A stretch of DNA of 64,000 nucleotides from Phoronis australis (lineage: Eukaryota > Animalia > Phoronida). Each line of letters opens with the position of its first letter. Position 1 is the stretch's first letter. A program made the translations under genes and the position numbers. The notes under the pieces were generated by a model that saw only the letters and a program-made list of their open reading frames with translations, did no database searches and had not been told where the DNA came from. The DNA lies in contig NMRA01000020.1 of the NCBI GenBank assembly GCA_002633005.1, positions 1,579,589 through 1,643,588 on the forward strand, in the 5' to 3' direction. Positions 36,201-48,340 of the stretch are shown one piece after another.

Positions 36201-39200
36201 ACCATTACCTCATTTCGAATATAAGACGCAAGTGAACCTTGGTTTTGTTCACTGCACTTTTATTTGTTCATGGTGTGAAGATGATTTATGTGCTCATGTG
36301 AAATTTTCTTCAAAGTCACTCCTGCCCCCTCGACCATTCTTGTGTCCCCCAGAGGGTGATTTTTATTCTCCTTCGGTAGTGCTCACCATTATTTCATCAA
36401 ATGGGTGACACTAGAGGACGTCGACGGAGGGTAAGCCCTGTTTGACTGATGTACAACCCCCTTCACTGTGCGGTTGCCACCCCTTGTCATCCTCCGAGCA
36501 CAGCCTTGTTGACGCCTGTTCAACAAAATATTGATGAACTGTTGACCAATTTACATTAATTATAACAAGTAGTACAGAACTATTGAATCCTCCAGTGTTT
36601 CAGTCTTTGTGTACATTGTAGGAAGAGGTTATGCTTGAAGAATCACTTGGACCCACTCCAACAGATAACTTAGAATGTGTTGCTCAAGTTTGCCCTGACT
36701 TGCTTAGGAAAGGTATGACGGCTGATGATATTGATACAGGAAGTGCTAGCTAGGCGAAAATATATTTGTGAAATATGGTCAAAATTCCCTGTAGTTGGCA
36801 AAGTTCTTGAATTTCATTAATGTTTAAAAATAGTTTGACCACTCCTGTTTCAGCACACAGCATTGAGAAACAAAGAATTGTTAGACACTGTATTGGAGGA
36901 GAGCATATTTACCACATTCACAGTCGAAATGTTCTGCTTTTAAGCTCAAGCCATTCTTGTTTACTTCATTTAAGCTTGTTGTGTCTTGGATTTGATGCAG
37001 TTACCTATCATAGCATTCTTCTGATGTAATGCCCTTAACAAAATTGCCCACTTCTTCCCTTCCAGATTTCATGTCATTGTTTCCTCACCGTGATGTGACC
37101 CACGGTATTTTGACCGTCATTACTGTCAGCCACAAGACGGAGAATGACATGTCGGGATGGAGTCCAGAGGTAGAAGAAGAACGTGAGGAACTGCTTGCAC
37201 AGGTGACATAGGTGTTTGGATGAACTGCATTTTGAATGTGGGAATGTTTTAATCTTTGCGTTGCTGCATTGGTGAAGCTATAGATTGCCTCTGTAGTCCC
37301 AATGAGGAAATGTATTAAGGATAGACCTTCAGTAGTTTGTGAAAGTAATGCTGGAGTTTTTGTTTTTCTAAATTTAAGGAGGGCTGTTGAAATCGGCTTG
37401 TTGGTAGAGCGATATTCATGCATTTAAAAACTGCATGCCAAAAGTAATCTGACGTAATTCTGCTTCCCTGTCATGACTGATCATTCTAGCTTGTGTGGTG
37501 ATGGCGATGAATTCTGATTGCACTCAACAGTCATGATGGAGGTATCATGGCTCGACATTAACTTTTTCTGTATCTTGTCCATCTGGACAAGTAGATATAG
37601 AAGTGATGTGTTCTGACCATCATCTTTGGAAAATTATAATTTCATTAGATTACAACAATTACTGAGAAAACTCTAAAATTCAAAAAATCTGGAGCAGTAT
37701 AAACATCTTCACTAGCATGATGTATAGTGAAATTTGTCACATAGTATTTGTTGTCAATGACTTTTTACGCCCTTCAGTAAACTATATAAGACATTTTTAG
37801 CATCTCTTAAAATTATCTTTTTAATTTTGAACATGCCAATGAGGTTCTAGAACTGCTCTAATTTAAAAGTCACCAATGTCACCAGGACAAGACAACTGAA
37901 TCATACTGGGACCTTTCAGTTTGTAAGGTCCTCTTACATTGCCTGTTTATGGTAGTCAAATGTCATCATTTCTTTTCAGTTCATGGTCAGTGCTGAAGAA
38001 ATATGCAATGCTTTACACGGTGGTGGTTTTTGGGCAGACTTCATTGACCCAACTTCAGGCAGACCTGTGAGTTTACTGAGCAGTTGTCGTAGTGTAGATA
38101 GTATAATAATTTAGCAAATGTCTGATGTACAACTATTTGGCTTTGTGAGAGGTTAGACGTGACTGATGTAACCCAGTGTCAAATCCTGGTGTGTGACATC
38201 AGCCGAGTTGTCAGAGAATCGCATTCACTTTTATTCACGGACATTCTGGAGTCTGGGATTTTTGCAGGTTGTCACGTTTTCCCCCATGAATATAAGTCTA
38301 CTCAAACAGAACGTCTGATGTATGATTGTTCAGCCAGTGCTGCAAAGCCTTGACTTGTGATGAACTTCTGAGACACTTCCAGCAACTGTTACTCTTGTTG
38401 ATTCAATAACCCGCTGTCTCTATAGCTGGTCCTCTATTGACTTCTACTGTTATTGTTGATTGGCTTCTCAGCAACTCAACTGTAACTCTGTTGTAACTAA
38501 CTCAAGTAACACATGCCTGTGTATTTATAGTCTCTTATAATATTCTGGAACTTTTCACCAATTAAAGCACATTCTAGAACTTTCCGGAATCTACCCAATC
38601 ATTCTACAAACATATACTAGGCTCTAGAATGTTCCAGGTTACATTAATCACTTACATGCTAGAACCTTCTAAAATGTTCCACTTGGTAAACAAATTACAT
38701 CACTGTCCTAACCTAATGCGCTATCTGTAATAAAATGAAATTGATCAAACTAGTGTCAGTCTACTCCTGACACAGGTATTATTTGAATATCCAACATCCC
38801 AACAGAGCCAATGACAACTTCTTAGAAAACCATAGTGTCCTCTATGATCCTGAGGTATTTACCCACAATGCCGCATGCCAGTAGGGCACTCATGCCACTG
38901 TTGCCCTGCCAGTCACTGGCAGAATTAGGATCTTGCATAGTCAGCCTAGATACAATCTTCAAAGGATGAGGTTTACGCTACCCATGAAAAGCATGTGCCA
39001 ATGGGTATTTTTGATCGTGCGCAGCTATCGTAATTTCTGTTCTACTTCAAAATTGGATTGTCATTATCCCATGGGCAGTACACCATAGGGGGCTGAGGAC
39101 TATGGCCGCCCACTTTTTTCAGTGCTGCGCCGTCCATGGTCTATAGGTGGTGCACCACAGGGGGGCTGGGGGCTTTAGCCCCGAAATTTTTCAGTGCTGT

Positions 39201-40006
39201 GTCGCCCATGTAATCTAATGCCGATGGTGTTTTTCAGTTGTGTGGCGAGTTGCAACATTGACTTAGAAACATTGAAAAACTGAGCTTGGTGAGATAAATC
39301 GCTCTTCATTTCTCCAACTCAGAAGTATGTCAGTGGCCCAATATCTGGAAAACTAAGACTGTAGTCCTATAATGCGTTTTTCTACCTCAGCTGGATTTGA
39401 AATGTGGGAATTTGACTGCATGCTGATTGCGGAGAATTTATTAAAATGGTGTGCTGTGAAATTCCTCTGCTTAAATCTCCATCGGCCTGTTAGATGATGT
39501 GGAGATGGCATGGTGGCACTGGATGTTGTCCACTCTATAACCATACAACGACATAGTTTATTCCAATATGTCATCGCTATGTCAGATAATGGATGTTGTT
39601 TTTACTCTTTTGATTAGGTGATCTATATCCTACGTTGGTCGTGCAATTAGTGAGTTGCACTGAATTTTTTATTTTTCAGTGTCATTGATCAAATTTACCC
39701 TAGTTAACGACAAGCATCAACATTTTAGTGCTTGGGACCCAGTTGATGAATTATTTCTGCACATAATTTCCATTGCAGTACCTGGGTCCACACACGAATG
39801 CAACCCTCTTCGAGACGGATGAGCGCTACCGACACTTTGGCTTTGAGATTAATGACATGGGTTGCTGTAAGGTGATCTCGCATAAAGTGTGGGGCACGCA
39901 CGCTTATGTCGGCTGCCTGTTCACTGACGCCCCCTATGACCATCCGATCATCGTAGCTATGACGAGGAAGGAGACCAGCCACAGTGAAAGGGCGACAGTG
40001 TCGTGA
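30206..40006 (+). CDS. MMADHC: Cobalamin trafficking protein CblD (MMADHC), 301 aa; join(30206..30217,30931..31069,35202..35413,36622..36712,37066..37202,37980..38066,39779..40006)
   Basis: All junctions are GT-AG and in phase (906 nt total). Motifs: TVWPD..GP....[124 protein letters not shown]. Confidence 0.95.
31440..33766 (+). mobile_element. Degenerate 5'-truncated non-LTR retrotransposon (reverse transcriptase, RTE-X-like) in an MMADHC intron
   Basis: Frameshifted RT motifs: [63 protein letters not shown] (about 32560), [19 protein letters not shown], and C-terminal [11 protein letters not shown]..CxxC..IED. The 3' tail is AATAAA(CTAAA)2. Confidence 0.9.
38316..38702 (-). mobile_element. 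Solo LTR (Gypsy-like), antisense in the last MMADHC intron
   Basis: TGATGTA...TACATCA inverted termini. On the minus strand TATAAATA is followed by gagttagtt-rich leader, with several GAAnnTTC motifs upstream of the TATA. The TSD is only partly matching (acgtc/ctgtc). Confidence 0.6.
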
Positions 40007-43000
40007 TGAGTTGGGACATTGCAACGGGTGTTAGGACAACATTAAAGTTATGTTTGAACAGTAACGGAATGTTCTGAAAAAATGAATGCTGGTTTGATGG
40101 TTGCTAAATATCTACAAAGACAGGCTTTGCCTTTCATCACTTGACTGACTGCCACAGGAAGGACTTTATGCATTCCGGTATTGGAGCTCGTACAGAAGCG
40201 TATGTGGTGATACTCCAGAAAGGTGACAGTTGTGTAGCTCGGTTTGCTGATAGCCTTGTAACAGTAATGCTGTCACCATACTGACACAGAACACTTCCAC
40301 CTTGTTTTTTTCACGAGCTACAAGGTCATGCTTACCTTTTTTGAATAGACTCGAGATTCAGATGTCTAGTGAGGACATATCTGCCATTGTGATGACACGA
40401 TTTGGACTCACAAATAGGAATAGAAATGCAGTCACATCACATTTTCAAAGGTTTTTGCAGGTCTTGGATGTTTTCCGATTCAGGTAACCACAGGGAAAAT
40501 TTAGCACTAGAATTTTTTACAAAATTATGTGTTTGGATTAATCGGTGTCGTCCGACAATGGTTGCACTCATTGTATGCTCCCAGGGAGTTCAGAAGGAAT
40601 AAGATTGACCGAATTCATAGCCAGGTGATAATTTTTGAAGTGCTTAGTAATTTACAGTGCTACTTTAATTAGTGCCATTCTTTTTAATTTTGGCAATTCA
40701 TTTTTATTTCAGTGAGTCCAAAATGTCAATCTGACATACTAAACAAACGAATGGGTAACCCTGGCTGCAGTGCTTGTCATACGAGAGGAGACCTCTGGTG
40801 GTGGTCACCTCTTGATTCATACTGAGCAATACATCAGTTCCATACACAAGTTTTGACTGCGGTCACCTGGTGACAAAAGTGAAGGTTTCCAAGATCCAAC
40901 TTCATTAGTAATAGTATACAAATATCAAAGTTCTATTCCTCAATTTATAACATCACACGAACACTTAATGGGTCTCTGCAGAAATTTGTTCTCATGGGAC
41001 TTCTACTTTATTGTATGGGACATCTGGGGTTATAGTAAAATATCGCCAATTTAAGACACAATATGACCGACAACTGAAGTCTAGTTTGAAAATTTTTTGC
41101 ATGAAACATATGTATAGCACCATATTAAATGCTTTTCCTTGTTCAAGTTATGTGCCATACCTACTGTCAGAAAGCATTTGAAAAATGGGCCTTACAACAA
41201 ATGCTAAAAGCCCTGAAAATGCCCAGGGGAAATTGGTGACGTTTTACCATAGGTGTATATGGCTTTTGCCTACTCTGTGTTAATGCAGCTAATGGTCTTC
41301 ACAGATAAAGACAGTGGTCATTTACAGGAGTTGGGAATTTTGAGAACCAGTTTACTGATCGTTATTCCGTGGGAAAAATGGTTTTCGAAATCCAGCAACA
41401 ATTAAGTGACAATTACCAAATTTCGGTTAGGATTAGGAGTAACCATCTGAACATTAAACAGGATTTACTGCTGTATAGAATGTAAGAATGGGTGATGAGA
41501 TACATGCTTGGAAAATGTGCTTGTTTTGGTAAAAAAGTAAGTAAATATGCATTTTATTGTCGTATGATAGGTACACAGTTATCGAAACAAAGTTCCAGGG
41601 AATGGTGCTAAGGGTGTATTGGATTTGTTATAACCTTCAACTGTTGGTCAAGTACCCAGCTGTTTCTTGGTAGAGCATTTGATTGTCTTTATGTGCATGG
41701 CTGTCGGAGAGTTTAGGCATCTGTCCTAAGTCGTATTGCGTCTCCTGACGAAAGACGTAGCAAAATCGAACGTTCTTTGTTTCATCCTATATGTGGTATG
41801 TGACGTTCCATCCCGAAAATCAAATCTGAACACCTGACTGCCTGTACGCTCTAGTTAGCCCATTTAGAGAATTTCAAGCCCCCCATTGTGGAAGCAAACC
41901 GTTATCACGCTTGGCGAGTGCTTGTAAATAAATACTGATTCGTTTTTCTGTGTTTTATGCCTTTGTTAACTCACCATGGTAAAGACACGGCCGACTTGAG
42001 AAGGACGCATTACTTGAAAGAGATAAATACTATAAACCCACCTTTTGACAAATACATACAACGATATACGAATTAGGGGGAGGGGCTTGGGCACAAACAC
42101 TAAATTCGACAAACTTTTGTTCCACGGTCCTACAGTCTGATTCTTGCCACCACTTCAAGCCCCTGGCCGTTGTCGCCAATTTTGCACCCCCACGCCTTAG
42201 GCGGGCAGACTTTGTTGTTTGGGAGACAGCTACTGAAATGTTGGACACCCATTTCGTGAGGACGAGTTACTTTTTAGACATGAGAACTTTACATGGTTGC
42301 GTTATTAGGACATGGTTTTGTCCTTTAGGGATACCACACAATGCTCATCCAACACAACTCCAAACATTTACAAACTTCACCGAATTTATGTAAATTTTTA
42401 AGTTTAGTTTTTGTTTTTACACCATCACCTAAAATGACCGTCTTCGTGATTGACAGCTGACTCATGCATAATGGTGCCCTCTCAACTGCCACCATGCATA
42501 TATATGTAATGAGGTTTTCACGGAAACTCCGCCCATTTGTTACAAAATTATAAAAATAGTAAAACAAGACAAACAGAAACAGGGATGGAAGTTATAAAAT
42601 GTTTATATTTTAGTAACAACATTGGATTGACGGATTGACAAAACTCATCCTGTATTATTAATAGTTGGATGTAAAGGGGAGAAGTATCGTTATATGAAAC
42701 CCAATTCTATTTTACAACTTAGCCAAATAAGCAGGGGCAAATATGCTGATTTATGTCTCAGTATTTCTTAAAATTTTCCGAAAGATTTAAAGTAAATGGC
42801 ATTCTTTAAATCAACCCACATTCTCTTTCATAGGGTTGTCTGGTATTCAGCCCTTTACAGATATCTTGTTTCAGTTGATTCGTAGGGTACATCTTAATTG
42901 AAAAACCCAACGCTGTATGGCGAATTTCTCACGAAGGCCAGCGTTAGAGACTGTTTACAATAACGAGCAGGCAGTCTACGAACTCAGTGAGGAAATCTTT

Positions 43001-43819
43001 TTCGGATAATTTATGTGTTTATCCATTTGCTGATTCAGTGTACGTTATAGATAGAAGTTTTTTAGTCTAAGACGTATGTCCTAACGGTAAGTTTTTCCGC
43101 ATCAAGGGTGGCGACACCGAGGGCCGTCTGTCACGGATGGGTGTGGCCAAAACGTGGTGCCCGTGCCCCAAGACGAAAGAAACAAGCCACCACACAAGGT
43201 ACTTTGATCACGTGCTTCACTTCTAACGCTCGTTCTTTTAAGATCCAAGACACTCGCGAGAAAAGCTAGTGAGATCTAATTCTTCGCCTCAAGTGCATGG
43301 CGATATCTTAATTGCGAAGACTTCCGCTGTCGCAAGTTTCTTGCGTCTACGGAACACAGCCTAGTCTTCGCTAGAGTGAGACCTCCATTCCGGACTACAA
43401 GATGACATCCTTCCGTATACTCACTTGAAACACGCCCAGTACACGCTCTTTTCTCCAAGCGAATGTCATAAAATCGTGTAACATCCATGCACTGATATTG
43501 ACTTTTTTGGTGATATGGTTTTGCAGTATTGCACGATTTCCAGTTTTGATACCAACTGTCAGTCAAATGACCTTAGGCTAGGATACGTTTATTGTCAAGC
43601 AGCAAGCAATTTCTGTTACAACTCACACCTTTAGATAGTCGATCTACCACGAAGACACAGCATTGTCATGAAAGCTACTCGTTACAAGTCAGCATCTTCC
43701 AACAGACGTAAACCACATCGATTGGCGAAGCACTTCATAATGACTCTTATGTCTTAAACATTAATCTAGTTAACAGACGTAAACATAAACCACATAAATT
43801 TACGATAGGACAGACAGAG

Positions 43820-44043
43820 GTGGGGGGAGGGGGGCTGGAGCGATGTGGGAAAATAGGTGCGCCTCAAAGAAACAAAAACTACGAAAAAAGTAGAAAACGA
43901 GACAAAAATCCACTAAAAGGCAGGAACTATCAAAATTCGGCGAATGCACAATTCATACCTCTGAACGCACCCCGTGAAAGTTAGTAAAAGGTCCACATTC
44001 TCAAAAATTCGAGCCCCACATTTTTAGGCTGAGTGCGCGCATG
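43820..44043 (+). mobile_element. MITE of the CATG(G/C)GCGCACCC family (adjacent partial copy at 44150-44300)
   Basis: Ends aaattcgagcccc...gagtgcgcgcatg, as at 54305-54345. Related copies at 52875 and (reverse) 58803-58950. Confidence 0.6.
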
Positions 44044-44757
44044 AACATGAATAGTATACTTTACCCAAACGAATAATGTTTGCACAAGAAAGACAGATTT
44101 TTAGCTGAAGAACATTCAAGCGCTGAGGCGAAGAATCTACCATGCCTAGTATGGGCGCGCACGGGGGGGGGGGGGCTCGGGAGGGGGGCTCGAACGAGAT
44201 CCCCAATTTGGCAAAAAGGTTCGCCACAGTGAAACAAAAAGTCCAAGTAAACGAGAGAACAGCCCACAAAGACCACAGGAATTCGGTGCGAAAGGTTAGA
44301 GACATGCGACGACTGGGAATATCTAAAGAAAGTTTCGAGAGTTCGAAAGTCATTTATAGGGGTACCGCAATTGAGAGCCGGTTTCCTCCAGACTGAATTA
44401 GAGAAATCAAACTGGTTCTCAAAACGACTCAAGCGACTATTCGGCCCTAAAGGTAATAGTCGAAAGTTGCGAAATGTAGCGACACGAAGCCCAACTACTT
44501 GTTTAAAAAGGAAAAAAAATGATAACCCACATGAACTTTACGAGGGATTTTCGGAAGCTTCCTAGTGGATCTCATTGCAGTTCGGTCGCCAACATCTGCA
44601 ACCCCGTGACATAAGACACGGGCTTTATTTACAAGTGAGACCGGACTGGTCTATTTCACTACTGGAACGACTGTATCTTAACATACAAAAAGCATTCAAG
44701 CGAAGCATATTTTATGGATAAGACATTATGTCAGATATGGTCAACCAGGCCCTTCAC

Positions 44758-47015
44758 TCAGTCGAGCTTCAAGCTCTTGTAGGGAACTTCCGGAACGCAA
44801 AACTGTTCACCTTTATCCTGAGGAACCATGTACTGGATACTTTCCCCATCGTATATCTCAATGGCTGGGTTCCATTCCAGCTTCTTGTCCTAAAATTTGA
44901 CCAGTTCGATTAGTTTAAATGACAAATGTAGAGTTCTTAATCCAGTGTGACGTAACATAGGCGGATTTAGGGGGGGGGGGGGCGGNGGGGCCCAGCCCCC
45001 CTTCCCCTTGGCTGCCGCAAGCAAAATGAAACAGCAACAACGTGAAGCATGAGGAAATATTGAGCCGCAGAGGATGAGGGGGGCCTATACCCTAGAAATC
45101 GTGTTCCCGTTTTTTTATATTTTTTTAGTCCAACGACAGATTTATTCGAAAAACAAGTGCACACCCTTGACCGCGCTGGGCCCCCTTGTGTTATTCTAGA
45201 TCCGCCAATGCGTATTCGCAGGAGTTCGTCTCGACCCCAAGATTTAGAGGTCTACTAATGGATTGACAAAGCACGTGACGTTTGCATAAGTAGGAAAGTC
45301 CAGCCTACCGTTCAGTAACGCTAGGACCTCCCTAAAAAGCAAGACTTCGCGAGATTACGTGAGATATTGAAGTGCATTTTAATTGACAGCACGTGACTTT
45401 GACTAGGTTTTAGCTAGGTCCAAGCGTAGGTCCTAGCGTCTACTGAATGCACGCCAGCTTGGCCTCAATGGCTGCGCTGCTGAGCACTGAAGAAATGACG
45501 TCAATTTCTTTAGGACAAAACGCGACGATCTTTGTAATTTAAAGCTTTTTTAAAAAGTTTTCCGTGTGGACTTAAATTTAATTTTCTGCCACCCTCTGAC
45601 GATTTAAAATGTGAAACTATGTAGTACTGGTGAGCTAATACATGTAATTGTGACCAGGACATTATTTCAATTCCAACAACTATTTAGTATAATGGCTTAC
45701 TCGAATGTAAGTGTCCATCTTGCAGTAGACTCGACACGGTGCCAGAGAATAAGTCAGGTTTGTCTTCACCTGAATCCTGGTGTGAACGGCAGCAGAGACC
45801 TCTGGTAGGTCGATGAAGGAGTACCCATTATCTTTCAGCTTCTGTACGATGGCCGAATCTGCTGAATCATCGCCTTCTGACATGATGGCTCCTGTGACGT
45901 AGCGATATTTTTCAGGGGGCACCTGTACCACAATAAATGTAGTGAAAATTCGTATTTACAATTTGTGAGCAAATCGAATAAGTATAATAAGAGGTATAAT
46001 AGGAGAGGTCAAAACAGCCAACTAGTTTGGATTCCCTATTTAACTATGGAAGGGCATTCCCTTATAGTACTCAGTTGTAAAAAACGAAAAATGAATTTCG
46101 CGAGTCTAAGTGATTTAAAAGTCACATAGACTCGTGAAAACGGTCCAAAAGTATTATTCCTTACCGTGTAGGACTTCATTTCTGCTAATTTCTGTTATGA
46201 ACAAAAACATAGAAACCATCACCAAATTTCTTAATGTCCGTACCCTTAAGACCCTTTACCATTGTATTATTCAGCCTCATATTTATTATTGTTTACCGGT
46301 TTGGGGGCACACTAGTGACACACTTGTAAACAAAGTCCAAGAAGTAATCCAAAATAGAGCCGCCAGGGCTATCCTGGGTACTAAAATTAGGGACACTAGG
46401 GTTGACGACTTGTACTCCAAGCTGGGATTTATGAAAATAAGACAAACAAATAAATATCTCTCTGCCTGTTGTATATACAAATGTATCAATGGCTTGGCTC
46501 CAGCATATCTCAGCAGTAAATTCAATAGCAGTCAGGCTGTTTATTCTACACGTTCTTCTGTTGCTGGCAATGTTTCTTCTAAAAAAATTAAAACCGAGAC
46601 TGGCAAGAGATCTTTTATCTATGCAGCTGCTATAATATGGAATTCTTTTAGCCCAGAAATTAAACGGTCCAACTCAATTACTACCTTTAAAGTTAATGTT
46701 AAAAAGTGGCTGTAATTTACTTAACCTTTTATACCCTGCCTATCTTAATCATGTCATTTTTTCATTGTCGTAAATACTCTCATTGTCTAGAGTCATCTCT
46801 TAATTTATTTCATCTGTCTTAGTTAATTTTTTACCATTATTTGTCATTTAGTTATTGTCTTAATTCTCAACCTTAACTGTTTTAATTGTATCTTTGTTAC
46901 GCATATTTCATTGTTGTTTTATTACTTCATTGTATTATATTACTGTTTTTCTTGTTGAGGGCCCTCTTGGAAAGCAGTGCTATCACTGAAGAGGCCACCC
47001 TCATTTTAAATATCA

Positions 47016-47049
<34 letters not shown>

Positions 47050-48307
47050 GGGACTCGGCTTCAGAGATTTCCAGTTGACTGAGATTGCGAATTCGAAAAT
47101 GGCTCGTATGCACTGCGGTCTACAGATTGCCTGACACTCGAGTTGTCGTTGCAGTCGGCAACATAGATGTGGGATGAGATTTGCCAGTGGCAATGTCCAA
47201 GGGGCTTCGGTTTAGACTTTAAAATTGATAACTATACATCGAAACGATTCCGATTACTTTTGTGGCAAAAGGTCGCAAGCTCGTCGTCTAGATATAGATA
47301 GATAGGCGTACATGTATCCATTGTTCACTTTGTTTTTCTTTCCTAAAATTAAAATAATGGCAAGCATTTATCGGATAATGGGTTGATGTGCGCTTAAGGT
47401 ACGATATCCATACGACCTGTATTGTTATGTCCAACAAAAACGCAACAAAAGGGAAACAATGGAAGTGTCCCATAGGCGATAACCATACGACACGCTTACG
47501 ACCGTCGCATAGATCTCGCAAATTAAACAATACCTTGCGACCTCCATACGACGTCATTTGACATGGGAAGATATCTATTGGGTTGTTTCTTGAGAATGAA
47601 GAGTATTTCTACCCTTACCTTCATTGGATCTTCGTAGAATATTCCAATTAAGTTGAGGCAGGGTACCAGATTGTACAATTCACAGAAATACTTCTCACAT
47701 TTGTTGTATGGACCTATCCTAAACTTGTAGGCAATCCTGGAAAACACGAACCATAAATCGCTAGACGCCGTTACAATAAACTGATTGGAAGCTGTAAAAG
47801 CTTTTCAGATAACTTGCTGAAACGTCGAGATATTATTGGCTAATCTTTGATAGAGTCCGCAACGTGCAGATAGATAGACATAAATTGATATTTGTTTCAA
47901 AAAGCAAAACGGAAATAAAAACAAGAACAACGCTTTGCGTTGATATGCGCCCACATGAAATCGAGTGGTCATAATGATCAATACTTGTCGAATTTCTATT
48001 CAAATTTTCACCAGTCAAGTTTCACTGTAATTCGCCCATCCGCTTTATCCCCAAAAGTACAACTAAACCGGACTCCTTGTCAAGACCACGGAAACGCTCT
48101 TCCAACACCGAAGAAACTGAAAAGCCTCACAGCTCTCAGCTCTGGCCATGGCTGGCGGATCAGATTTAAACATGGTAGTCACTGTTCTCTTCACTTGGCC
48201 GAATTTCGGATTCCGGCCGAGGGATTTTGAGACATCGAGGGAACACCCGGACAGTAAAGATGACAGCAATATGCGACAACACACACACACACACACACAC
48301 GCACACA

Positions 48308-48340
<33 letters not shown>

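Noticed and set aside
46134-46715. 193-aa ORF as a host gene
   Set aside because: It is the C-terminal part of a LINE ORF2, followed by a stem-loop and poly(A).
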